NCBI GenBank assembly: GCA_951804945.1
Contig: OX638149.1
Location: 86,056,001-86,120,000, forward strand
Reading direction: 5' to 3'
Length of the DNA: 64,000 nucleotides
Source: Podarcis cretensis
Lineage: Eukaryota
Shown here: piece by piece, positions 12,179 through 24,800 of the stretch
Numbering within the stretch: position 1 is the stretch's first letter
Layout: every line of letters starts with the position of its first letter
Notes under the pieces: model-generated
What the model saw: the letters and a program-made list of their open reading frames with translations, nothing else
Told to the model about the DNA's origin: nothing
Database searches by the model: none
Position numbers and translations under genes: made by a program

Positions 12179-13859
12179 TACTAAGTTCCGCAGACCAAAT
12201 GTCATAGCAGTACAGTCTAGATTGTGTATAGGTTTTGAACATGTCCATTTTAAAGCTATAATTATACTGTCACTTGGGAGAATTCCATATCCACAGATTT
12301 GATGGTGAGCACATGAAAGGAATCGTCTACTGTCAGATCAGTGGTAATTTTGTTCATTAAATTCCAGGGTACCAGCCCTGCTGTATAACAGTGCATAGCG
12401 TCATGTTGCCAATCTGGGGAAGGGTGTGGCAGCAGTATGGCACACCAGGCATCCCTAACCTGGGATGCTCCAGATGTTCTCGACTACAATTCCCATCATC
12501 CCCAACCAGCACAATTTCACTCATGCTGTTGGAATTCAAGTATCCTGTGAACAGGACTGCAGCCAATACCTTTATGGTTGTGTGAGATTCATCCTTGCAG
12601 AGATACGATTGCCTCTGGCTTATAAGAAACCTTGGAGCTAGAGTTGATGTTTTTATTGGTGGAAATAACCCTATATGTTTGTTAATATTCTTCCAGATTC
12701 TGACTGTTTCCCAGGTACTTCTCTAACATATCTGGATGTATGGGAGTAGCATCCAAGACTAGACGGGGTGAAGAGGGAAAGTGATGCGTTACAGACTAGG
12801 GGAAAGTGTAGTGGGCTGAGAGCCAGGAGGTACTTTCCCACCTGCATGCTGTTTCAGCTCACACCTTCAGTGGCTCTCATGTTACCTGCAAAGGGAATGG
12901 GGATAAGTGCCTAATAAGAATTCATATACAGAATGTGGCAAAGAATGGGAAAGTCTAGCTGTTAAAACCCCTTGATCACAGCAAGCCCATCTGTTAGGGA
13001 ATGGTTAGGGAATGGCATTAATGGTCGGTTGTTTCAGTAGTTATTTAAATCAAGGGTTCTCAGTCTCTTGGGACCTGAAGACATATTAGTAACTGCTGTG
13101 GGTGCCGCAGGTGATGCTCAGACCCCACCTCCCTCCAAACAGGTAAAACTGCCTCCCCAAAATACAAATAAAATGGGAGGGTTAAGGGCACCACATTGGA
13201 GATAAACTAATGAAAAGTAGATAAGCTGTACAAACTTTGTTGTTGTTGTTGTTAAATGACATGCTTTTATTTTATATTTGAATCATTGCTTTGGAATAGG
13301 AAATTCAAATGGCTTCTGGAGACTTTAGCGTTTAGAAAAAAAATTGGAACTAATATCCAAGAAAGTGGTTTCATCAGATCATTTCAAGATGAAGCTCAAA
13401 TTGTATATAGTAGCTGGGTTTTGTTTGAATGGTGATGTTGCCTCAAATGGGTGTGTCAGAGGAGCTTATCTAGAACCTCTGAGAGCCAGGAAACAAATGC
13501 AGGAATCCTGCCTTAAATATGTTTGTCTTGTTGCTTGGCCCATAACAGTATTGGTTGCTATCCTTCCTATGAATCAGGAGGAGAAAGTTACTCTGCACCA
13601 GAATGACTTAACCAGTGCCTTTCCCCTCATGGACCATTTGAAGATTGCTATGACACTTACATATTGCTTAGTCACACACATTTCTAAGGGTGCCATAGAA
13701 TTCAAATTGTAATACAATAAAATGCAACATAAGAAATAAAAATACAATTAAAAAACAAAATAACTACATAACGTGGACATGCCTTGGACCACCTGAATGA
13801 AGCTCATGGGCCAGACAGTTACTTCAGAGGATGCAAGAAACACTGTGGCTTAACTAAAA

Positions 13860-13861
<2 letters not shown>

Positions 13862-13893
<32 letters not shown>
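13862..13893. repeat. (TA)n microsatellite
   Basis: Seen directly. Confidence 0.9.
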
Positions 13894-13896
<3 letters not shown>

Positions 13897-14425
13897 CTGT
13901 ATCTGTATCTATATATCTCTATCTACCTATCTATGTATTTTTGTGCTTATTGTTCTTATTGTTAGCCACGTTGATTTCTTTTTGAAGCTAAAGGGGGATA
14001 TATGTTCCTTAAACAAACAACGTGTAGCTACACAATGCCTTTGTGAGACAGGTTAGGCTTCTGTGCAAAGGCAGTCCTGGAGAGCGAGAAGCTGCAGCTG
14101 CTCAAACACCCTTGTCTTCAAAAGTATTAAAGGCACAGGAACCTTGTAATATATTGAAGTTCTGGGTTGGTGCTACTGCCAGTTACCAGCAAGTGTATAA
14201 AGGTGACGACTGTGTTTGTTGCACAAAAAGGACTAGATAACCTTGGCACCATGATGCAGTCTTGCAGGAAAGCATCATGGAGGGTTAGAGGCCAAGATGA
14301 AGCTTGCCTTTCTGTAATAATGTATTGCTGCTGCTGCTGCTGATATACATTAGGGAAATGGAGAAACTTGCATCAAGTTAACTTTCATTTGCATACTTCA
14401 TTTGCAGAGCATTTGTGCGCAAGCA

Positions 14426-14737
14426 CCATACTTTTCCATCTATAAGACGCCCTCATGTATAAGACACCCCCCCCCCCCGGGTTTGGGGGACTCAATTTTA
14501 AGAAAATGAGGGGAGATGGCCCAAAGTTGTTGACCTTCTCCCCCCACGCAGCTGTGAGCAAGAAACACGCCCTAGATCGTTTCCTGCACGCAGCAGCAAC
14601 AGGGAAAGTTGTGCTCCCGCTGGCTAGCGGGCACGCCGCTTCTCCCCTCCATGCCACTATCTGTGTATTGGATGACCCCGTTTTTTTGACACAATTTTTG
14701 AGTCAAAAAACATCATCTAATACACGGAAAAATACAG
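14426..14737. mobile_element. Tc2/pogo-like non-autonomous DNA transposon
   Basis: Degenerate TIRs ccatacttttccatctataagacg / catctaatacacggaaaaatacag, followed by TA. Confidence 0.6.
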
Positions 14738-15860
14738 TATGTAGAGATGGGTAGGCAATAAGGCACATTGAATTTTTCAAATTCCAAGAAATGAGGGGTG
14801 CTAAAAAGTTGCACCATGACATGGGAATTTAAAATATATTTTGGTTAAATTAATATAATTTATTTTTGTTTGCCAAGTAAAATGTGTGTTAAATTGCATA
14901 TAAGTAGTTAAAAACAATTGCCAAGTACTTGCAGTAAACCTGCCATGTCCCCCCCCCCCCCCCGTTGTCCTTTCTGGCAGCCGGGCAGCCTTCTCTTGGG
15001 TCCTGGGGCAATTGTTATCTAGTGGGACAGGAAAGCCACTGACAGACCAGATAAAATGGAGGCCTTGCATGAACCTTCTGAGCTAGCAGTAGTAGACTGA
15101 GGAGGAAGGGTGGGTGAGCATGTTAGTTTAATCCTAACCTTATCCCATGCCCCCTTAATCTTCTTGAATAACTGGGAATTTCACAGCTCACTGATCCCCA
15201 GGGCACTGCTCAGAAAACAGCCTGGCCTGTATACACAGAGCAGGGCACTTGCCTGGCACCAAAACACACCCAAAAGCCCAGCACAGAGCCCCAGGCACAT
15301 ACCAGCTGCAAGTGTTTTCTAACTGTCCTCTCTGTGCCAACCTTCATTGTGGAATAGGGATGAGCACAGCACTGTTTGATTGCTGTCAGTGCTGGTCAGC
15401 TGCAATCCTCAACACACTTACTAGGGAGTAAACCCTGTTGAATGCAGTGGGAAGCATACATGGGGTTGCCTTGCTTAAAACTTACAGCCTTTGTTCTTTG
15501 ATATGTGCACACGCAAGACAAAAATGGGCATTGAAAAATCATGTAACAGATTGTCAGTTCTTAAGTAATTTAATGTTCTCTTTTCTGTATGGACTAAAGA
15601 AGCATGATTGATTTCAAGATGGCAAGTTAAAAGCCAGATATCCTCTTGCTCATGGGTGTAGTGAGGGCAGCAAATCGGGCAGTGTAGTTCCATTGTAGCG
15701 TCTCCTTGGCCCTTGCACCTTCACAGCCGAGCACAATAAAGTGTGTCATTTCACCATTCATAACCCCACTTGGAGATGGGACAGCCCTGGGTCACAAGCA
15801 GTACAAGAATATATTCACATATCTCTTTTTTCTTCTTTCCTTGCAGCATCGTCACCTGGA

Positions 15861-15866
15861 ATGATG
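15861..15866 (+). CDS. CARNS1: CARNS1 exon 2 coding part (micro-exon 15847-15866, ATG ATG)
   Basis: Pyrimidine tract ending ttgcag|CATC...ATGATG|gtgagt. Phase 0 joins LSLDQ, giving MMLSLD, similar to human MLSLD. Confidence 0.75.
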
Positions 15867-18800
15867 GTGAGTCTAGCCTTTCTTTGGCTTTCTTCTCCTC
15901 GCACCTTATATAGCTCCCATTTGGACCCTATGGTCCCTCTTTGGGGAAATTCAAAACAACAGTAATTCGAAAATGCAGCATATCTGAATTACTGTTCTGT
16001 AGAATTACTGACCCAGTAGAGTACAAAACACATTGGTTCAGTAGGCCTTTTTCTTGTCTGCTCCGCTTGGGGTGTTTTTGGTTTTGTTTCCAGGTACTTG
16101 TTCGTATGACCCATTTTTGTTGAACTCCCTCTGTTCTGGCCAAAATAGCCTCCTTTTTTTGTCTCTCATTGAGACATGTTTATTTTTGTAGCGGTTAAAC
16201 AACATGAAGAAAAAAAACCTGTTAGATGTAGTCTGGGCAACACCAGAACTTGGCTAGTACCATCTTGCCTTTCTATGTGAAAATTATTCAGTTCTCCCAT
16301 GGGTTCCCAGCCTCTTTAGTCCTCCATGACACTGAGGATAAGCTACTCAGCCAGCCAGTGCCACATTGCAGCAACAGACCCTTGAGCACTGTTGTTGTTA
16401 AAATGTCTATACTTCATCTGTGGATCATAGGGCAGTTTTCTCTCTCTCTCTCTCTCAATATAATGTAACATAATAGTAGATAGAAACAATAACCCCCCAC
16501 AGTTTAAAAGATCATAGATCAGTGATGGCCAAACTTGGCCCTCCAGCTGTTTTGGGACTACAACTCCCATCATCCCTAGCTAACAGGACCAGTGGTCAGG
16601 GATGATGGGAATTATAGTCCCAAAACAGCTGGAGGTCCGAGTTTGGCCATCACTGCCATATATAATTTAACTAGCCAAAGGCCTGGGAAAAGACCAATGT
16701 TCTCCACTGGCTACTGGCAGGAATGATCTTCTCCCCGTTTCTCTGGTGGGATCTGTGCTGTGGCTAAGTTCCTTCTCCTTTTCCAGGCCTATTTCCCAAC
16801 CCTTTGTCTTTCTCTTTCTGTAGCTGTCTCTGGACCAGATCCACACAGAGCCACCTCCAACTCCCAAGGAACTGGATTGGGCAGAACAGGGGTTTCTACC
16901 ACCCCTGAGCCCCTTGCGCTGTGCCTGGCGCCGGGATGTGCCTCTGGACTGCAAGATCAGCCCTGAGGATGCACAGGCCCGGGCCTGGACAGCTTACTAC
17001 TATGACCTGCTGCAGTGCACTTTGCAGCAGGAGGGGCTCCCAGAGACAATTGACCACACAAAGGAGCCTCGAACAGGTGAGTCCTTCTTTGGCTGGATGG
17101 CTGCTGTTTCTCTCCTTTAACCTGGAATGTGTCAGAGCATCTGCATTAATGGTAAATGTGATAGGTGGATCACATGGTGGCATCATCACCATTTCCACCT
17201 CAGTGCTTCATCTGAATCCATCTGTAGAATGACTCTAGGATATGGGCTGTGGCTAAAAGAGCAGAGTTAATTACCGTGATTCTATCTTCAAATCCCAGCA
17301 TGTGGAGTTCATGGAGCTGGGACATTAGGATTCCCAGATCTAGTATGAGAATCAGGTCACCAACTCATTTCTTTTCTTTCCCAGGGTTTGGACCATCAGA
17401 CATAACCATCTGTGTCTTGGGCTCTCCCACTTCATACTTGTCTGTGCTTCTGGAAGGTGGCAACCAGTGTCCTGGTGAGTTCCATCCTAATGCCATAGCC
17501 AAAAGCATTAGGTCGTCTCTTTGCCTTGGCTCTGCTGGGTGACTCATTCATCCTTACTCATGGCTGGTGAAGCACTGAGGAGTCCAGTGGTGTCCCACCT
17601 CACCTCACCCAGCAGGACCACAGGCAGTCAATGAATTTCCAAAGCTTTGCCTCCCACTAAAGCATCTTGCCAGTAAGAGGCAACTAGCTTTATTCCCTTC
17701 CTCCTCAATAGAGGAACTGAGCAGTGCTTTCCTCTAGAGGCAGACCAGGAAATCTGGAGAGGGAAGGAGAGAAGGGGCTGCCTTTTTGCTTCCTTGCCAC
17801 ACAGGTCCTTAAAATCCAATGGAGATGGTCTCCCAAGGTGACACCATTTAGCATTTTTGAAGGTCACTCTGGTGAGTCACACCCCATTTTTGTACATTCT
17901 CCTTAAAGGGAAGGAGGCTAAATGTCATTATCTTTGGTAACCAGGCACCATTAAACTCCAAATTGGGGGAAAGCTATCTGTGAGGGGCTGCCTAAAAAGG
18001 TTGCTTGAATCCTCAAGTCTTGACTGGCTGCTGGCTGGGATACTTCCTACTATTTTGTTTCTGAAACAGAAGCTGTGCAGCTTGAATTGTATTGAACCAG
18101 AGCTGCTTACCGTTTTGAGTTACCATACAGAGTTCCACCCCAGCTGGTGTCTGCAACTGAATTTATCCACTTCCTTTGGGGTTGATTCTTTTCTTTTAGC
18201 TTAAATTTCATCTTCAGGAACTTTTATCTCACTGGATTGCTTCACTTACCTGTATGCCAGCTGAAGGCACCTGGAATTAACTTTTGACACAGCAAGCAGT
18301 TGTATATACCTGCTAGGGCTGGGCAATAACTGGTTTTCAATATTGCGATATATCACCAGCTGAACATTGTGATATATCAATATATCATGATATCTGAAAT
18401 AAGGAAATACACAGAGGTGAACAGGACAATGTCCTGGCAACTGCTACTACTTAAGGGTCTAAAACTGATAAATGATGATACTATCAATCACCTCATGGTC
18501 ACTTTCAGCAGCAGGCAAGCCAAAATGCATCCAAATGACACTTTTGGTTTTGGGCTTGGCTACCAAATGGTGGTATTCAGGACAATCCAAACTACTGCGA
18601 TGAGTCATATTGAATACAAATCTGCTAGGTGGCAGCAGCAGCAGCAGCCTGGCAGTGGCAGAATCAACAATGGGGCGTGGGGGGGGGGGAGCAGCGGCAG
18701 CCTCGCAGCAGGGGCACAATAATCAGCAGCCTGTGAAGCCTCGTTATGGCTGTGGGCAGGGGGTGGCAGAAGTGGCAGCAGCCTGCAAGGCCTTGTTATG

Positions 18801-21800
18801 GCGGTTGCAGTAGTGGCGGCAGGAGTGGCAGAAGCAGAGGTGGCCTGCAAGGCCTTGCTGAGGCGGGCTGCCACACCTTCTGCCAACACCTCCCACTACC
18901 TCCAGGAGGACTTGCAGACCACTGTCAACTTCTTGCCACCATGGTGAGACCTTGCCACCATGATGAGACCTTGCAAGCCCCACTGCTTGTGTCGCTACTT
19001 GCAGGCTGCCACTGCTATTGCCGCCATCTCCCACTGCTGCTGTAAGGCCTCGCAGGATGCCACTACTGCTGTCACCTCCTGTCACTGCCCTGAGTCCCTG
19101 CAGGCCACCTCTGCTTCTGCTGCCAAATCCTGTCACCACTGCGAGGCCTTGCAGGCCAGTGCCATTACTGCTACTACTTTCCATCACCACCATGAGACCT
19201 CACAGGCCGCCACCTCCTGCTGTCACCTCAAGGCCTTACAGGCTGCTGTCACTAATGCCACCACCTCCCAATAACTGCTGTGAGTCCTTGCAGGTGGCCA
19301 CCACTCCTGCCACTGCCTCCCATCTCTTCCTCGAGTCCTCACAGTCTGCCGCCCCTAGTGCCGTCACTATCACCACCGCAAGGCCTTGCAGTCCACTGCT
19401 GTTTCTGCTGCTGCTGCTGCAAGGCCTTGCAGGCTGCCACCACTACTGCCACCGTTGTTGTTTTTTGCTGTTGTGAGGCTGTCCCGTTTGCCTCTGTATA
19501 GTTCAATCCTTATTTCAGACATTGTGGTAGATTGCAATATTTAGCTGGTGATAACACTGCAACATTGAGCAGGTGATATTATGAGATTTAGCTGGTGATA
19601 TTGTGAGCTTTAGCTGCTGAAAACATTTAGCTGGTGAGTTATCGCGACGAAAACCAGGTATCGCCTAGCCCTTAAACACATTGTGATTCGCGATATATTG
19701 CCAGCTCAAATACTATGAAGCAATTATCACAATGTGAACTTCAAACCAGTTTTGGACAATGCTTAATTCTTCATGTTTTGTCAATTTATTATGGAAAAGT
19801 TGCATGTGTTTAACACAATTATTTCCTCAAAACCGTACACTGGTTCAAACTGACCGGCTACATTATGAAGGTACTTTAAGTCCCAATGATTGTGACAGAC
19901 GAGCCATAATCATATGCAAATAGTGAACTGGGGTGTTGACTATGTAGCTGAAATAGGACTACTGAGAGATAAGAAGGGAGTGTCAGCATGCTCAGAGCAA
20001 GCCCAAGGTTTGCTGAAATAGAAAGAGAAACTTCAGGGGAGGAAACCCTAAGGGGACAAAAAATGCATTCAGCCCAGTGAGGACTCTGTATGCTCAGTAG
20101 CCCTTCTGAGTGTCTGGGTGTGGATAGGGTGGAAAACCAGAATGAGGAACCATGGAATGGAGTAGCTTGAAAGAAGGCCTGGCTGGTTGGCTGCCTGGAA
20201 CACTGAACAGCAGCACTTCACACAGCAGCATTTTGTCGCAGGTCACAGTTGTATGTATTTTATTTCTTTGATTGCAGTAGTCTGGTTAAAAGGGACAGAA
20301 GTGGGGTTTTTTTATAATAATAAAAAAAAAATAACAGGAATTAAACTTTGCTCCCTCCCGTCAATAAGCTCTGTCCCTTCAGGCACATTTCTCTCCCCTT
20401 TGGCTCACTTGCAGCATATGAGCTGGGCTAGAAGGAAATAGTCTCAAACAATGGAGTAAAGCAAGTTAAGACAAGGGAAATGTTTTTGCTTTAAAAATAG
20501 ACTTTCTTAATAGTTCAGGGAGACATCCGAATAAAATACCAGTGGATCTCTTGTCGCATCTAGTTTGGCTCAGACTGTGGACTCAAGCCATATAGATCAA
20601 CAGTATATTATTTGTCCCCAACCTTATGCTGCCAACTGTCATCTGTAATAAAGGGTTACAGTTTTAATATGTCACAACCTTTTGTTCAATACTGCCTATT
20701 TCACCAGAAGCATGCTGAGGTCTGGAAAGTGTGTGTTTGCTTACACACACGAACACAACCCACACACCGATGAAAAGGAGTCTTAAAAAGCAAGGCAAAG
20801 AAAATAGAAAAGATGCAATACATTATCAGGAAGACAGGTAGTAGTTTTTTTCAGAGGGATGAAGGTAGTTGCTTGAGATCTCCACTTAAAAGTATGTACA
20901 CTTATCACAATTCTGCCACTGGTAAGCAAGTTTTATACCAGTTTTGAAAACTTTTATAGCAAAATTTTCTTGTTTCAACCACAGAGTTTATACAGGTGTA
21001 AATAACATTCTGTAGCCAAGGGATCAGTGCCCCTTTCCCAAGCTTCAATTTTATTTGGAACTATGGCATGTGGGGAAATGGTTAAATATTCTTTCCTCCT
21101 CCCCTGGCTGCATCTCCAGTCACGATTGCCTTCCCCCTCCTCAATTGCAGTTTAGGGTGGAAAATAAAATAAATGGGTATAAAGGCAGCGCCATTTGGAA
21201 AAGGGAGGGTTGATTAAACTGATAAGAGTGGGTTCCTAGAGAGGGGAGATGGACCATAGAGAAGGAGATGGTTAGAGCACAATCTATGGAGGCCATTACC
21301 AAACTGTAGGCTGGAAGAGCTGGATTATGGGTTACCTATGCCTGAGGAAACGGTGCAGCTGTTCCATTGTGAGAAAAAGTAATGGAAGCTGACTTTTTGA
21401 TCAGTGGCATGCAAAAGCCTTGTTAAAAACAAGTCAACTCTATGCTCAGCATAGAGGCAGTTCCAGAAGATGAGGAATTTGCTATCACAATTCCTATACA
21501 AACAAAACAGGCAACTTGATAGATAAAAACAAACTATTGCTCTCTCAGCCTTATTGAAGTGACATGTGCACTGGATTGGATCTTTTTCCCCAACCCAGTG
21601 AAATTGGATTCAGTCATGACAAATTTTGATTTATATATCTGAGCCTGCAATATAATTATTGTATTTACAAGTACATTGTAACAGACCACTTCATTACAAA
21701 CCCAGTGCCTGAAATTCATCAGAATGCTGTCTCTAGCTGCAATCCTGTCTCAACCAAGCTATCTGGCTGTGCATGCTTCTTAGAGACTCTCTTGGGCAGC

Positions 21801-24800
21801 TGCTGCGCTGTTTTCCTGGCATTCTTCCCGTCTCTTCTCAGAGGCCGAGACGGGCTGGTGGTAACCAGAGCTCTTGTGGCAGCTGAGCTGCTCAGATTTC
21901 CCGCTGGCTAAAGTGCATATAGAAGAACAGGGCTGGAATAAACCAGAAGGTCAACTCTCCAACCTCCCACACCAAGGCACAATCCCTCCACCCTTCAGCC
22001 TCCCATAGAGCTTGGCAACTCTTTGTTCGGATCAGTGAATGCTCTGGCACTATTTCTGCTGGGATTCCGAGGGCTAATTCACACTTTAAAAGTGCCGGAT
22101 TCTCAATGGCAGAATACACATGCAACATTGGGTTCTGGGAAAGGATCAGGTACCATTTCTGTGTTCAGGGCATGGAAATCCAGCCTCTAAAATGCACAAT
22201 CTGCTTGCAATTAAGACTTCATCATATTTTTATGTTGCTGTTTAAACTAGAATTGTGTGTGTGAGAGAAAGAGAGAGAGAGATCGTTCAAAAGGTGACCT
22301 CTTTTGAAGCCAGACTGGACAGCTCCCAGCTGCAGGGAAAATTAAAGGTGTGGTTTTAGAGCAGGGCGTATCCAAATAATGCCCCCCTCCTTTTTTTATG
22401 TTCTGAAAGTGCTGTGATTTCCTAGAGCTAATAACTAGCCCAACCTATGAGCACTTGTAGAAAAGAAATTATTCAGTCTCTTTCCCAGCTGACAGATACA
22501 AGAGTGGCTTCTGTGGCCTCGTAGCTTTCAATCATCTATCTGCTAAGGTGGCAAGGAAATGAGTCTTAATAATGGAAAGGTCTGCACCCGAAAGTCTTCT
22601 GGTCCTGCAGTCCAGCTTGATGTCCAGAGCCCTCCATAGTCACTGTGTGATGAGAGGGCTCCTTCCTACTTTACCTCCACTTCTCCCTCTGTGTCTTAAT
22701 TCCGTGTGGTTCGATTCTGCAAGTATTGTCATGGTATGGGAACGTGGTGACCTCTGTACAAAGACAAGGTCTTTTGTGCTGTCCGACACATATACGTTTA
22801 GAAATAGATTTGCCCAGCATAGCCACTAATTTTGGTACCAGCTAAAATAGCAGTTCCCAACATGGCTGGTGAATCTCAAGCGTAAGCGTGTGACACGGGT
22901 GGGAATAGCTTTTTCCTTCTCTAGTGCAGTTGTTGCCCCGACTGTTAGGGGAGGGTTCTGCATGTGCTGCTTCCCTACAGCAGCAGAGTATGAGGAAAGG
23001 GTTCCCCCCCTCTGTTTAGGTCTTCTGACAGACTACAGTGCATGTACAAAGAAAGTAGGGTTGCATATGCTGTCCCCATTCAGCCTCTCTGTGTTAGGCT
23101 GACTGTACAGATTCTACAAATGCTGAACATACACACAGCTCCCTCCCTGCAACTATCGGGAATCCTGAGGTTCCACGTGATCAGTTTGGGAGACTGAGAG
23201 TAGGGACTGCTCTTTGGAAGGCTCAGTGGCTAGAGCATCTGCTTTGCATGATCCTTGAACCCACGTTGAATCCCCAGCATCTTCAGGTAGGGCTGGGAAT
23301 GTCCCCTGTCTGAATCTTAAAGAGCTATTGGCAGTCAGTGTTGTGACAATTTTGAGTTAGATGTAACAGTGGCCGGGCTTGGTATAAAGCTACTTCCTGT
23401 GTTCCATCTGAAAATGCCCAACGTCTAGAGGTAAAGTGAGGGCTGCATGCCTCTCGGAGTGCTGCTGACGAAGGAAGTGGAAAAGGGCAAAGTTTCCCTA
23501 AGGCCACATTCACACCAAACATTTAAAGCACTATGATGCCACTTTAAATAGTCATGGCTTGCTTCCCCCAAAGAATTCTTGGAGGTGTCATTTGCTAAGG
23601 CCCGCAGGCATGGCCAAACTTGGCCCTCCAGCTGTTTTGGGACTACAATTCCCATCGTCCCTGACCACTGGTCCTGTTAGCTAGGAATGATGGGAGTTGT
23701 AGTCCCAAAACAGCTGGAGGGCCAAGTTTGGCCATGACTAGCTAAGGGTGCTGAGGGTTGCTAGGATGTCCCACTCCCCTCCCAGAGCTACAATTCCCAG
23801 AGTGGTTAAACTATAGATCCCTCTTCACAGGGAACTCTGGCATTGTAGCTCTGGGAGGGGAATGGGTTCTCCTCTCAAAACCCATAACAAACTACAGCTC
23901 CCAGAATTCTTTTGGGGAAGCCACTTCTGATTAACATGGCATCAAAATGCTTCAAATGTATGGTGTGAATGCGGCCTAAGAGAATTAAGAACTCTGCATC
24001 CCTTTAAATTAGATTAGGTATGAGGGACAGTGGATATGCCTCAGGTTACTGCTGCCCGAGGTGAGACATTTCTGAAGGATGGAGCAGCTGCGTTACTGCA
24101 AGGCACTTCAGTGGAGGTGAAGTGGCTTATAGTGCTGCTGTGTGAGGGAAGGTTTTTTCCTCTTTGCCTCCCTGCTGCCAGAGTATGAGAATTTGGTTAC
24201 AAAACTGGAGGATTTTGAAACTCTGTCTTAATGGACCAAAACTGATAATCTGACAGCTCAGTTCCAGGTATGGCTGGCTTAGAAGATAAGAAGTGCTTCT
24301 CCCCGCCCCCAGTGCTGTGGGTTAACACACACATAATATCTCAGTAAGGGAGTGTGTGATGGTGAAGAGTTTCTCTTAGTTTACTTTTACTTTGCATGAT
24401 GAATATCTTTTCTGTGGGTCAAAGGAAATGCCTCACCCTTCCATCTGTTGCCGTGGAACTGGAGGTAAACAAAAGGGTGTGGGTTTAGTTTCAGATAGCC
24501 AATGCATAAAATGAGAAACCAAAACAAAGAAGCATATATATATCCACACAGAGGCAATAACCTTCAGCTTTGTAAAGTAATGCATTTATAGTTGAAGGTT
24601 TTGTCTTATCTAAGTATATCTTCTATATTTGGGGCATGCTCCCCTCCTCAACTTTGGATTGAATACCACATTACTCACTAGTTTCGGACGGGGGGGACGG
24701 ACCCCTGAAAGATTAAAATGCATTAAAGATTTAAAAGATTAAAATTGGGTTGTGTTCCAAAGAGGGTGACCAGAATGGTGAAGGCTGGTGGAGAAGGCTG

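Noticed and set aside
18630-19480. CRISPR-like appearance (palindromic repeats with variable spacers) and several overlapping ORFs
   Set aside because: Vertebrate intron, highly degenerate repeats, low-complexity spacers, no cas genes. The ORFs are by-products of GC-rich triplet repeats inside a TE.
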